The position numbers and the translations under genes were made by a program. This document shows positions 1-12,416 of a stretch of 64,000 bases of DNA, piece by piece. How positions within the stretch are numbered: the stretch's first letter is position 1; every line of letters begins with the position of its first letter. The stretch comes from Haplodiscus bocki. Its lineage: Eukaryota. The notes under the pieces were generated by a model. That model saw nothing but the letters and a program-made list of their open reading frames with translations. It was not told the origin of the DNA and did no database searches. The stretch is from the NCBI GenBank assembly GCA_965655095.1, contig OZ296653.1:5456001-5520000 (forward strand). The letters are read 5' to 3'.

Positions 1-600
1 GAGGACCTGAAAATTCTGTGTATTGGTTGAACTCCAGCAAAAAATAGGCAAAAGGTCTTATCATCAGTCAAAGGAACAAAATTGTTGAAGCTAATCGATC
101 GCCCCTGTTTTTGTTCTTTGACAAAATGAGCGCTCAACATCTTGTGTTTATTCCAAAGAAAGAGATGTAAAAAGCAGTCAAAGGTTTTGGAAAAATTGCA
201 TGATCCAAGAGCGCATGACAGAACTAAACTTTTAACAGTTTTACAGCGTCAACCATTGAAACAGGAAACGGCAAAACAAAGCGAAAGAAAAGAATTGAAA
301 GATGAAAAGAACCCGGAAGTCCCCCATAAACTTGTCTTGAAATCACTGTTTATGCTCAATCCAACCCAAAAAGAAACGAAATCAATTCTCCGCAAAATTG
401 AAGAAGCTGAAGATGTTTCCATCACAGAAGATGGAAGGGTTAGAGTTGGGAATCGTACTTTAATCGATGCAACAATATACCTTTACAACACGCAGCAAAG
501 CAAAAAACAATTACCAGATCCAGACTAGGAACAAAATTTTGGAAAAAATAAATCTCAGTCCGCAGTTGATTGCTAATTTTTCAGCAAAACTGATGATCAA
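1..600 (+). mobile_element. Degenerate ORF fragment, possibly Polinton/Maverick-like accessory gene
   Basis: ORF 142-528 (..SILRKIEEAEDVSITEDGRVRVG..LYNTQQ..) reads like real protein and continues past a stop. It resembles small conserved Maverick-type ORFs from memory only. Confidence 0.3.
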
Positions 601-660
601 CCGAGCACAAAAACAAAAGTAGTATCAGGTAGACTGGATACTCCATAACAAATTGCTTAA

Positions 661-735
661 ACTCTCTCTCTCTCTCTGTCTGTGTGTCTGTCTGTCGTCT
701 GTCTGTTTGTCTGTCTGTCTGTGTTTATCTATCCG
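661..735. repeat. (CT)n/(CTGT)n microsatellite
   Basis: ctctctctct followed by gtct/ctgt tetramer repeats, running into the N gap. Confidence 0.95.
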
Positions 736-889
736 NNNNNNNNNNNNNNNNNNNNNNNNNNNNNNNNNNNNNNNNNNNNNNNNNNNNNNNNNNNNNNNNN
801 NNNNNNNNNNNNNNNNNNNNNNNNNNNNNNNNNNNNNNNNNNNNNNNNNNNNNNNNNNNNNNNNNNNNNNNNNNNNNNNNNNNNNNNNN
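736..889. other. Assembly gap (N run)
   Basis: Run of N characters. Confidence 1.
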
Positions 890-1243
890 CATGCGCGATA
901 AACCCCACCCGCCCGAAAATCACTGTCGAAACCACTGTGACACTTTTTGATTCCTCCTTTTAATCCCTGTTCCCACGTTTTGTGACTTGGCTCATCTTTA
1001 ACAATCAATAAATTAGAAAAGACAAGTTTACCGGGGAAATTATTATTTGAATGAAGCTTCTGAACTCAACTGAATAAATTGATCTCATACAATCTATGAT
1101 AAAGTTTTGCCTCAAAGATATCTGAAATGTCAATTTAATTTATCTGATTTAATTGGTTTAACAGATAGAATAAGTATTCAATTGAATCTTTTACGGTATA
1201 GTTGATAAAACAGCTAAAGGTGTTTAAATTTCGCCCTTCTTAA

Positions 1244-1325
1244 GCGTGGTTGATCTAGCGGGTTAAGTGCTCATCATACTTAGCTTGAACAAAAGTTCGC
1301 ACAGGATCGATTCTGGGTGCGAACA
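1244..1325 (+). repeat. Degenerate tRNA-derived (SINE-head-like) sequence
   Basis: A-box-like TGATCTAGCGG and B-box-like GGATCGATTC at tRNA-like spacing; no intact cloverleaf. Confidence 0.4.
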
Positions 1326-2168
1326 AAACTTTTGAGTATTCACCCGTACGAAGATTCCCGTAGTTAGGAACCCCTCCAAAACATACACTGCTCATATTTA
1401 AGAAGGATGTCAGGAGCAAGTTCATTGTCGTACTCTATTCTTTGTTTTATAGAATTACTAATCTCAAAAGTACTGCTTTCATTTTTCCACCTTAAATCAC
1501 GTTTTCTGCGAAGCATTTCATCAGCAAAAACGAAGCCTACGCTGTTTGGAGATTATTGCAGTTTTGATATTGAAGTGTTTGCGAACTTTGTGGAATCAAT
1601 AAAACGGAAATGACGCATTAGCGTATTGACACACAAAAACATTTATTTAGAGTTTACCCGCCCAAAGCGAACAGGCCATCAGAAAAATTCGAAAATCTTT
1701 TGATTGGCGCGCTCTAACCGCTTCTACGATGGTTCGTATGGTTCCTTCTGTACTCCTTTTGCCACGTTTTGGAAAAAAATCAAAAGTTTTTAACGTTTCA
1801 CGATATTCCTTATTTTGGACGAGTTCGCAAAAAGTCGTACGCAGAAAAAAAAACTTTCGCGGTTTTTGCCTTTTCCCCCATCACGTTTGTTTACAAATTT
1901 TTCAATGTAATTCTCCTTATGATGAATCAATTTCGGCAACACTGTCCAACAGTTGTAAGACTTTAAGTTTCCGCCATATTTACACCTCGAAAGATTTCAT
2001 CTACTCAAAGCGAACGTTTCTTTTTAACGTTTGCATACCAATTTTCGAGACATACTGTGTCCGGACGATTGACTTTGAAAACTTTCTATCACCAAATTAT
2101 AGCAAATTGTCGCGCATAATAGGGGTGCTACTATGCTAACGATTGTTCGTCTTAGCTAATATTGCTAA

Positions 2169-2223
2169 GGGGTTAAAGTCCCCGCCGTGAACCTTGGGCA
2201 ACAGCAATGCCTGCTAATCCTGA
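2169..2223 (+). ncRNA. Candidate degenerate HDV-like self-cleaving ribozyme
   Basis: P1 GGGGTT/AACCTT; L3 TCCCCGC; P1.1 GG; P4 CAG/CTG; J4/2 CTAA with the catalytic-C position. P2 5' strand and P3 are imperfect. Confidence 0.45.
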
Positions 2224-5200
2224 CACCACCAGAACCATAATGCCTGAAGTCAATACGAGTCAAAGAGAGGAAGCTACGCCCCCGCGGGAACTAGGGCCTT
2301 TGGCGGTGCCGTGCCTAAAGAAAAAACGAAAACGGCACTGACCATAATCTCCTTCAATGTTGAAGGTTGCCCGAGCATCAAATCGCAAATATTCAGTGCT
2401 TTCTGTCACAAATATGATTGTGATGTTCTCTGCCTCCAGAAAACGCACAGAAGCCAGACCCAAGCAATACCCGCTATCCCAAACTACACCGTTGTCAACG
2501 AAATCTCCCATCGGAAGCACGGAAGTGCAATATTTCAGATAAGAAACGCCCCCTTCCAATCCACTGCGAAAGTCAGAAGAGTTGACACAGAACAAGTATC
2601 AGTGAAAGTGAAAAACATCTCCAATAATAAGATCTACCAACCACCGAACTCAGCCTCTGAGATGGCACAGAACTCGAACACTTCCAAACCCACGATTTAT
2701 GTTGCGGACTTTTATAGCCACAACCCACAATGGGGATACCCTGATGAAAATGAAAAAGGGAAAAAACATGTCCCTTTTATCGAGCAACCCAACCTCGCAC
2801 TGATCCAAGAGGCTAAACTGCCTTTCACAGGAAAGGATATAATCCTGATCTAAACCTCGTGGACGACAGAATAAAAGAAATGTGCACGAAGGGTGTAATA
2901 CCTCTAATGCCTGGTTCACAGCAACGGCCAATTTTGCTTCGTGTTACCTCGGTGGCTAAAGCAAGAGACACTCCCTTCCAAAGAAGATACAACTTTGCTA
3001 AAAGTAACTGGGATTTCGTCAGCGAAGACTTCAACCGTACCTCACCTTTGATCCGGTTGTCGAGAAATATGAAAAATTTAGAATTCGTCTGCAGGGCATC
3101 GAACAGAAACTTTCCCCGAGGATGCGGAACGAAACTTATCCCTGGAACCGATGACTCTGCCAAAGACCTGCTGAACGCATACAATCGAGAGTGCAACCTG
3201 GACCCGTTCTCTGAAAAGACCGTTGAGCTTCGCCACGAACTACTGCAATCGATAGGATCATCCAGACAACAGCAAGGGTTGGAAATGATAGATGCCACAT
3301 TGACAAGAAGCATAGCTCGAGGAAGGCCTGGATATAAATCAGTCGATTTAACTGCGACCCCTCAGTGGACACAGGATAAACTAAAGTCACTCCAAACTAG
3401 GTTGCAAGTTGTCTCGTTGCCAACGGCAAGTTTAAGGGAGAAAAATTCCGACAACCGGGATGCACCAGTTTTAACGTTAGTGCTGTCTGCCGGCGCTTCG
3501 AGATCAACGAATTTGAAGAATCGCAAAAAGAACTGGAAAAAAGAAAACCTGGGGAATAGACGGACTTTTCAAAGAACAGAATATTCATTTTGGACCTGTT
3601 ACCCGGAACTGGTAGCTACAGTTCTATTGCAATTGCTTAGAACGGTGCCGAGCACCTGTTGTTGCAACAAACAAAAGTAATCACCCTCTCCGAGCCCAAG
3701 AAAGACACAGAAACACCGAACTACCTCCCCATCTCTTTACTGTCTCATGGACTGAAACTGTTTGAGCGATTGGTTCACAACAGAATGGTGAAACTCAATA
3801 ACCCTGTGATGATACCAGAGCAAGCTGGTTTCAGACCTGGAAAGAACTCCACAAGACATATTCTGAGCATGTGCCAGCACATCGAAGAAGGGTACCGAAA
3901 TATATTTTTGACGGGAGCAGTGTTTGATCTCACTGCAAGATATGATTCCGTGAACAATAAAATAATGATCCATAAGCTGTTCAAGATGACAAAAGATCTT
4001 CATCTCACCAGCCACCTTGGTGGCAGAATTGTTGTCGAACCAACGGTTTTTTGGGCCAATGGGCCCACGCAAAAGCAAATGGAGAAAAGCAAAAAATGAT
4101 CTTCCCCAAGAAGGCGTACTGGCGCCTTTACTCTTCAACGTTTATACTAAGGACCAGTTTTTGTCAGAAAAAAAGCAGTTATATTTACGCTAATGACCGT
4201 GCCACTCTTGCTTAAGGTAAAAACAAACATGAAAAGGAGGAAAAACTGACGAAGTGACTGCCGGAACTAAGTGAAAACGACCAAACGAATAGGCTGAAAG
4301 CGAACCCCGAACAGTCAGTTGAATGTTCCACTTGAACAATCGCAAAGCCTCGCGGACCCTAGAATTTCGCTGGAACGACATTAAATTCGAACATGACGCC
4401 GGCCTAAGAAATCTTGGTGTAACGTTGGACCGAACATTGGGTTTCAAGCAACACTGCCAGAACTTTGCTGTTAAAATACAATCTAGAAAGAACTTGCTGC
4501 CAACGCTGGCAAAATCGAGGTGGGGAGCTAGCCCCCACGTAATGAGAACCACTGCATTGGCAATGTGGTAATCAGTGGGCAAACATGAATGTCACGTATG
4601 GCTGGAGAGTATGCACTCCACGCTCATCGATGTTGCAGTCAATGAAACGTGTCGGAAGATAGCAGGTTGTATGGTGAACACCCCCATCAACCAATTGTAT
4701 AATCTCAGTGGAAAAGCTACGCGCCTGATACGGAGCAATTGTCATCTGATGACCGAGCAAAATAAACAGGAGAATGACCAGCGACACCCGCCGTACGATG
4801 CGCCTCCATAGGACCGGAAGCTTAAATCAACATTCAGCTTCCTGAACAAGGAATTCGCTTTCCAAATGACATCTGACAAATACAAAGAGGCTTCTCGCAC
4901 CCCCAAGATAAGAACAACTTCTACCCCACGAACCATCGCTATACGTTGTCACCCGGAGACACCCTGGACTGGTGCACATGGAAAACACTGAACAGACTGA
5001 GATACCTAGGAGGCAGAAGGAAGGCTACGCTCAAAAAGTGGAGAGCAAGCACGGACGACAAATGTGCATGTGGGGAGGTGCAAACTAAGGAACATTTTGT
5101 CCGAAGAAGTGGACTCACCATGGACAAGCTGATCCGAGCTACTCCCGAAGCCATGCGACCGGCAGAAAGTGGCAATCAACTCTCCAACACTGACCTGTGG

Positions 5201-5230
5201 CATTTGGACGGACACGATGGTGATGAAAAC
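2170..5230 (+). mobile_element. Full-length but frameshifted non-LTR retrotransposon (APE endonuclease + RT), Ingi/Vingi-like
   Basis: APE motifs (TIISFNVEG, VLCLQ.TH, YQPP, DFYSH..WGY); RT motifs (YLPISLL..KLFERL, QAGFRPG, FDLTARYDSV, LPQEGVLAPLLFNVY); post-RT LGVTLDRTL and WGASPHVMRTTALA; C-terminal CACGEVQTKEH Zn finger; (ATG/TGA)n-like tail. Flanked by near-identical TSD tattgctaag (2160-2169) / tattgctcag (5231-5240). About 3 kb length with no ORF1 fits Vingi. Confidence 0.85.
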
Positions 5231-6838
5231 TATTGCTCAGTAATGCGTGCTGGCTTGCGTCTCTGCTGTTGTGTAAGAAAGTGCAGAAGGTTATACCACA
5301 GTTACTTTTGTAAACATGCCTTGATAAACCGCGCTAGAATTGTTTGCGTCAGTTCTACTAGGAGGGATTTGGTGAGCAAAGGAAGCGTATAAAAAGGTGA
5401 TTTAATTGGTATATACACGGAATTGGGAGTCAAGTTAGAAAAGTTGATGTGAACATGATAAGATGGAATTTCGGAAAGGAGAGACTTTTAGAAGCAAGAT
5501 TCGAGCAAGTGAATTAAATACAGATTAGTGACACAAAAGATATCATTCAGTCTGCGAAAATCAAAGTAGTATAAATCTATCCATGAAAACTATAAATCTC
5601 AGTTTTAAATCCACAAGAAGTAATATCTCCGGAAAATCAGCACAACTTTACGAACTGTATATTTTATAACCGTTCGCCCCAGAAACTTTTACCCACTGTA
5701 TATGTTGTCACTTTTCTGAAGATTCACTTCTACATCAGTATCAGAAGTATCCCATTAATCGAAAACTTCGAAGTTCAAATAACATCGCACACTTCAATAA
5801 AAAAATCATTTTATCAAAAGGTTTGAATTTAGACGTAAATGAGCAAACAATAACTGCTATGGCTAACATATAACATATATACAATAACGACTTGAAACTG
5901 GTTTAAAAAACTAGCAACCGGATTGGAAGTCTTTTGGCTTTATGTTAGGACGAATGATTACATTCGTTTTTTTGTCAGTTTTGCCATAATTTCTTTTTAA
6001 TTTTATTTTATGCCACAATTCAAGTCATTTTCTCAAACTTCGGTACTTTGCCTTAAAGCAGTCAAATTAACCATTTCTTTTAGATCTTGTTAATTCAGGC
6101 CAATTTAATTCAAACTGTTTCACAAAATGGGATGTTATATTTTCTCTACGACGTTGGTAATTTGCATAGAGCACTCAACCAAGTCAAGTCTCTAAGGTTT
6201 CTTTTTTTGTCAATCGTAAACGTGGATTCTTCATGCATTTTACTTCTAGGTTATGTCTCAGTACTTGCATGGCATAGCAACTGAGCAAGAAATCAAATTT
6301 TGGCGTTTTTTCAGTACCGTGATTAAGTCTCGGATTTATTGGAAGGGTTTGAAATGTTTGAGATTTTATCTAAAACTCAAAAGCAATACGCTCTACACCG
6401 TTATTGAACTGTATTTTTTTATTCCCTTTTCCCAGACGCGGTGTTTCCTTCGCGACGTCAGAGAGGGATTCATATTTTTGTTTCTATAACTATTGAGTAA
6501 CAAGTAATTGGTTGACTCACAGAAATTTTATTATAAAATCTCACTGAGAATTGCTACTGAAAATACCTGTGCTAGTTATGAAAAGAAAACTCAAAAATAC
6601 GGCCGTTGAGAAGTTTTGCCGAAATTTGGGCTCATCGAAAAGGTGTTGAATGATCATGATGTAGAAATTCTTTGAGCGATTCTGTCTCAGAATGTTTTCG
6701 AGAGCTGGCAAGTATCAGATTTGCAGATTTTGGCTTCCTTTTCCGAAGAAATGGAATTGAATTCAAGTGGGAAAAGTTTGAGGACTGAGTAGCAGAGAAT
6801 TATGCTTCGGTGAAGTAGGTGAGCGAATTAGAGCGAGC

Positions 6839-6890
6839 GAATGATTATTGGATGAGCACTGGGTATTTATACTCGTTTGGTCACGTGACC
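6839..6890 (-). promoter_or_regulatory. Pol II core promoter-like module (E-box, TATA, Inr)
   Basis: Palindrome GGTCACGTGACC (6879-6890), TATAAATA (6871-6864) and TCATTC initiator whose A (6842) is 29 nt from the first TATA base. Confidence 0.45.
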
Positions 6891-7699
6891 GCGCATACTG
6901 GGTGATGGTCCAATAGGAGAGCGCCGGAGACAACAGTGTTTCCATTAGGATGTTTCCGTAGGTATGAAGAGGTGAGGTATTGCGTACTTTCAGAGGGGAT
7001 GATGATTTTGCGGTTAAAATAAAATCTGTTATCAAATAATATCGGTAATTGGAATGTGAACTTTGTCCAGATTGGAGGAGGAAGTCGAGAATTGAAGAGA
7101 AAAGTGAAGTTAATCGTTGACGGTAAGCTAGTTAGTGAAATAAGGCTTTCTTTGACCGTGCGAAATGGCAACATGCTGGAATCTCATGCCAACAATGGAA
7201 AAACATTGCATGTCCGGCGCTCCCCTGACCAATACGAAAGTATCATGTCGTGGCTTTCGCCAAAAATTTGTTTCTGCTACGTTGTGTCCTGAAATTGAGC
7301 AATTCCAATCGAGTAATCCTCCCAATTTCGTCATGTTGCCGTAGTGGCGGCAAATATTTACTCCGAAACATAAGCTCTAACTTTGCCGCTATATAGTCCG
7401 AATATTCCAATATATTCTCTTCGTCTCCTGGTTCACCAGACATTTCTTTTGTAACCAAATAGTTATCGCAGCAACTGCAAGCCGTCAGTTGGGTAAAAAA
7501 ATATTGTATTTCCTCACTAATCCTATTTACTTCGTATTTCAAACCTAATTAACAAATATGAAAACTGCACTAATCATTGTCGTTATTCATCAAAAATCTG
7601 GTAGATATTGGGCCTTTCGTTTTGGGCTGAAATCTCTTGAGGTGTTTCAACTTTTGTTAGATTTACTTTATTAAACTACTTTTTCTAATGTTTGTGCAT

Positions 7700-8005
7700 T
7701 AGTCCTATCGCGATAAAATTTGCCGTACAATGAGACTGATTTAGAGAATTCTTGAATACGTACGAGTTCGGTTTTCGACAAAACCTGATTTTCATTCAAA
7801 ATCAGTAAAGGTGTTAAATTTCCTTTAGAAATGATCTTATTTAAAATAGAGTATGTCTTTCTATTTTACTTGATTTTGCAAAAAATCAGAAAATCTGAAA
7901 TGTGGAAAGATAACACGGTTTTTTTTCCGAAAAGCTTTTTTTTACCAGGAATCTCAAGCAAAAGTGGTGGGCGGAAAATATGCCGGTGATAGCCGTCCGT
8001 CCTGT
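7700..8005 (+). mobile_element. Non-autonomous Helitron-like repeat, copy 1
   Basis: Shares aaatttgccgta.aatg internal motif and 3' end aaatatgccggtgatagccgtccgtcctgt with copies 2-4; start approximate. Confidence 0.5.
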
Positions 8006-8059
8006 AGTTAATTTGCACCACATTGAAAATTTGGAAAGCAAAGTCATCCTCTCAAATAG

Positions 8060-8441
8060 GTGCGTTTTTTAAACCTGATGTTTGCACATTAAGCTCGCGC
8101 TAAAACGATGTTGGCTCGTTCTGAACCCGAATTTTTTTACAAAAATTGTAGCAAATTTGCCGTAGAATGCAACTGAAATAGTAAGATTTCTCAAAACGTT
8201 CAAAAATTGAGGTTTTTTGAAAAAAGGATGGGTTTTTCGAAAAAAAAATCTTCCATTTTTCAAAAATCGCCAACGGTAGTAAATTTGCTGTAGACTGCGT
8301 ATAAGATGGTAAAATTTGGAAATGTTTTCAGCCCTCATTATGAGGTTTTTTTTGAAGGCAAAAACGTTTTCATATTTCAAAATTGCATCTTTACCAAATT
8401 GGGAAGGCGCAAAATATGCCGATGGTAGCCGACCGTATTGT
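8060..8441 (+). mobile_element. Non-autonomous Helitron-like repeat, copy 2
   Basis: aaatttgccgtagaatgcaactgaaatagtaagattt core; 3' end aaatatgccgatggtagccgaccgtattgt. Confidence 0.55.
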
Positions 8442-9894
8442 TTGTTATCCACTTAAAATCCAATCTGAACTTTAAGATTGGAGAATTAACGTCTGGGAGA
8501 AAAGCTGCTGTTTTTTTAAATGGTGAGATATGATAGCGTAAACGTCAAAAGGTTGAAATGCTGTTGATGAAGGTCTACCTCTTCAAATACTCGTTCAATT
8601 TGTTTCATTAAGGTTCAGTCGATTGTGTTTAGTATATAAAAGTGATTGAATTGTAGATGCCTTTCGAAGTTTTACTTTTACTCTCTAGATATGTTCCAAA
8701 TTGTTCAAAGAACATATGTTGAGTTTGCTGGATTTAAAAGGGGCTCTTCTCTTGGAATAAGCCATCTTGATCTTTTTGATTCAGGGCTTTCGCTGAAGCC
8801 ACTATCATGTCATGATTCTGTTCACTGTGGTCAATTCTTGGGCATAACCCAGATCGCTTTGTCATTTTATCCTTGCCATACTTTCATAATGTTCTCGCTT
8901 GTCAAATGAACGGTCAGAGACCCAACGAGCGAATTTTCATCAGTAGGCTCAATATTTTTTAAAGCAAAAGTCCCACTTTTCTCTGACCTGATTTTCTATC
9001 CAACTACCGAAACGTTGATTTCGGTAGTGCAACAGTATTAAACACTATTTGACAGTTTGGCAAGGCATCAAGTGGAAAACTCGTTTGCAAACATTTTGCT
9101 TCTACATGTAGTTTGTCTGCTTTAGCTAGTCTAGCTTCTCTAATCTAGCGATTTCGTAAAAAGGCAAGTGGCTTTTTCAAAGATGACAATGTACTTTCCA
9201 TTATTGAACTTTTGATTTTACCATTAATTCATACTATTCTGCCCAGGAACCATACAAAATGCACCAATTAAACTCTCTTTTTGGGAAAATTGTGATCAAC
9301 TCGCTATCGCAATGCCTTGAAGCGTTCACCAGGATTTCTACTGCCTGCCTGTACCGCTTTGCTATTGATTATTTCTCTTGTTACCAAGAACTTTTCCAAG
9401 GATTTGCAAGTTTGGCAAAGAAGTCAAGCAAAATATTCACGACAGGTGCTATATGATTTTTAGTACCTCGTTTTCTCATTTGTGCCACTGTTGGAAAACT
9501 TCCAAAATATCCAATTTTTGCAACAGATTCTCGAAGATGTGTTCGTGGTGACATCAAATTGCTAATACCAACTGCCATTCGCAAAGTGTGGAGGTGATGG
9601 CAATACGATGTAAAGAATTCAAAGGTCCAAAAAACTTTAAAGCAGATCAGATGATATGTTAATGTAATTCTGGAGAAGCGAGAAGAGAAAATATAACTAT
9701 GACATTATATTCCATTTCGAAGCAACTAAAAATGAACTATGGGATAAAACAAGAATACCGATTGGAATGAGACGCCAGCTGGGACATCTCTTGCAAGGAT
9801 GATCGGAAACAATTCAAGGTAATGTAGAAGACGTTTTCACGTTCACTACATGTTCCACTCTCATGAGTTGGGTTGAGTTGTTGAGATTAGTACA

Positions 9895-10164
9895 TTAGGA
9901 CCTCAAGTTGGCCAATCTTCTCTGCAGGTCTTCGTTTTCCTGTATGGAGAGATCTTTAGAGGTAGAACTAGCCTGTGGGTTGAGGGAGGAGGGTTCTTGC
10001 ATCATGTGAGTTACTTCCAGTCCATTCTCCGCAGCAACCTGGGCTATGAGTTCATTCACCTGGTTCGAGGGCGTCAACTGAGAAGTAGCATTGGACATAG
10101 CATCGTCCATCGATGCCGTCACTACGTCCAAGGAGCCACTCTGCTTCTCAAAATCATCCATCAC
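9895..10164 (-). CDS. CHMP1A: CHMP1A-like ESCRT-III subunit, exon 3 (terminal)
   Basis: VMDDFEKQ..LDV..ASMDDAMSNAT..TP..QV..LI.QVAAENGLEV..EDLQRRLANLRS* with C-terminal MIM1 motif. Acceptor tatttag at 10165-10166, phase 0, stop TAA at 9895-9897. Confidence 0.95.
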   Translation of the reverse strand: MMDDFEKQSGSLDVVTASMDDAMSNATSQLTPSNQVNELIAQVAAENGLEVTHMMQEPSSLNPQASSTSKDLSIQENEDLQRRLANLRS

Positions 10165-10389
10165 CTAAATACATCCACTCCTACAACAGTGCGGGCGGCC
10201 ATTCAAAATGTTTACAACATATCCACACGTACGTTAAAATATGCCAATTGGTTTCACCAATTAATCTCTTCCAAACTCAAATTCTTATCCAAAATTTGGC
10301 CCAATGGCATTCTTATAAATCTTGAAACTTTTAAATTGGAATTTTTACCATATTCTTTCAGATTTGGTGAAAATGGTTTTCAGAAAAAC

Positions 10390-12416
10390 GGTGACAGGTC
10401 AAAATCGAAGTCAAAATCTCCTGAGTCTAAATCTATGCTGAATTGATTACCGAGTAGCTCAATTAAAAGCAAAGTTCCGGCTTCTTGTTAATTAAGTGTG
10501 ATGAGAGAAAGCCTAATTTATATTCACACACGACAATTAAAGCAAGTAACCAAAAGAGTAATATGGTAAAATTAAAATGTAGAACAAATCACATGCTAAA
10601 ACGGTGACAACATGAAGCTGCTAAAACTACTGAAAGTGCAATCAATCTGATCATTCAATTAAAACAATTGCTGCAGAAATGAGTTTCGAGTACGGTCTAT
10701 CACTCTATCAAACAAAAACAAAACCACCCAAAATGGTTTTGAATGCACAAAAAAAGGCAAACATTGTTCATTGGATTTGCCGATACGCTTAACAGTTCGG
10801 CTGTAGAGCAATTATTATTCCCTGCGAGGGAGATGAAGGAAATCTCGCTACATACAGGCAACACTGACGCGAAAAAAAACATATCAACGAATATTCTGTC
10901 AAAGAAATCATTCTAAAAAGCAGCGCTACAAGCATTTGGTAATTTCGAAAAAGCTGTCATGAACGCTTTTCAGAAAGCATTGACTGACCAAATCTGTCAG
11001 GATGTCATTTCCACCTGTGCCAATCCTTTATAAGAAAACTTAACGAAGCTTCATCCTAATTATACCCGCCATAGCCTTCCTTCTACATGAAGAAGTTGAA
11101 GCAGCGTTTGATCTGGTTGTCAAGAAATCACTAAATATGTTGAATTTTAATCGTTGGAGGCAAATGTACAGCAAAAAAAGACTTACAGGCATCTTATTTC
11201 AAAGAAATTTATATAGGTCATAGTATTGGAAGCACCTACCGCCCCCATTCCTTCAACGTGCAAAATTGGAACCAATCAGTCTCAGCAACAGAAGGCCTTG
11301 TGCGAAGTAAAGATGCCAGAGGGTTGGTATTTTGGATTGCAGAAGCTATTTCCGGGATCTCACCCTAACATTTGGACTTTTCTTCGGCAACTTGGAAAGA
11401 CTCTTTTGAGTTCATAAAATTATTGCCATTCGGGGACTTGCGTGTGCAGAGGACCCCAGCCGAAAAGTACTGTTTGCTAAAGAAAAGAGTGTAAAATGAT
11501 TGTCGGGATTACAAAACTGAAAAGATTCGTTTCTTGAGAGCTATGAATCCTTTGCAATGAAGAATAGACATTGGGATGAACAGACTTTTCCTTTGCACTT
11601 TTATTTGTTCGAATTCTACTTTTAATATCCATCATTAAGTCAAAAAAAATTTCTGTAGATGTTACAATCAACAGACGCCCGATTGCATCTCTCTCCACCC
11701 CGGTGCCAAAGTTGCACACTACCCCTCGTTACTGCTCTCTTATGTAGCCATAATAATACCATGCCTATCAAAACTACAGAGCATGACAAAACAGACCAAC
11801 CTCTCAAAGGAGTACCACTTGTCTAAATTCTTAACTCTAATTGACCTAAACTTTGGCTTCATTCTTCGAAAATTCAAAATAAAAAAGCCAGCTGTATGTT
11901 TCAACGTATCTTTTCGAAGACTATTTTTCAACCTAACAGTTCACTGAGGTCTGAGCTTTGAATCTACGTGATTTCGAACACCTAATTGGGGCTTAAGATT
12001 TAAGACAAGTTGGCGTTTGAATGTTCTTGTGATGTTTAAAAATTTGGCATGGTATTCGCAAGTTCATACTGAATCTTCTCTTGGATATTTCCACATCCAT
12101 TGTAAAAATGAGTCCTAATTTTATTCAAATTCGATTATAGATGCGTTGATTGACAGCGCAAGAAAAGCAAAAGTCATACATTACGTAACATTTGAGTGCA
12201 CTGCGTTGACTTGACTGATTTAGCTTTGTTTACTGTTATGCACCAACTACGAGCTTGGCTGTTTTTGAATTACGAACAACTTTCCACTGTAGTAGATGAA
12301 GGAAGTTGTCTTCCGATGAATTTTCTTTTGTTCAAGACTTTAGGCGATTTCGACCTAGGAGATTTTGGCGGAGATTTTGACTTGGATTTTGACTTAGGAG
12401 ATTTTGACATGTATCA
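10390..12416 (+). mobile_element. Decayed MULE (Mutator-like) DNA transposon in CHMP1A intron 2
   Basis: Transposase motifs FEKAVMNAF, CHFHLCQS and EGW..LQKLFPGSHPNIWTFL at about 10.9-11.4 kb. Inverted ends built from GTCAAAATC (10399-10420) / GATTTTGAC (12340-12410) subrepeats. Confidence 0.75.

Noticed and set aside
625-1008. ORFs spanning the microsatellite and N run
   Set aside because: Artefacts of the gap and simple repeat
8640-9600. Decayed coding-like sequence with a possible PHD-like Cys/His pattern on the minus strand
   Set aside because: Too frameshifted to assign
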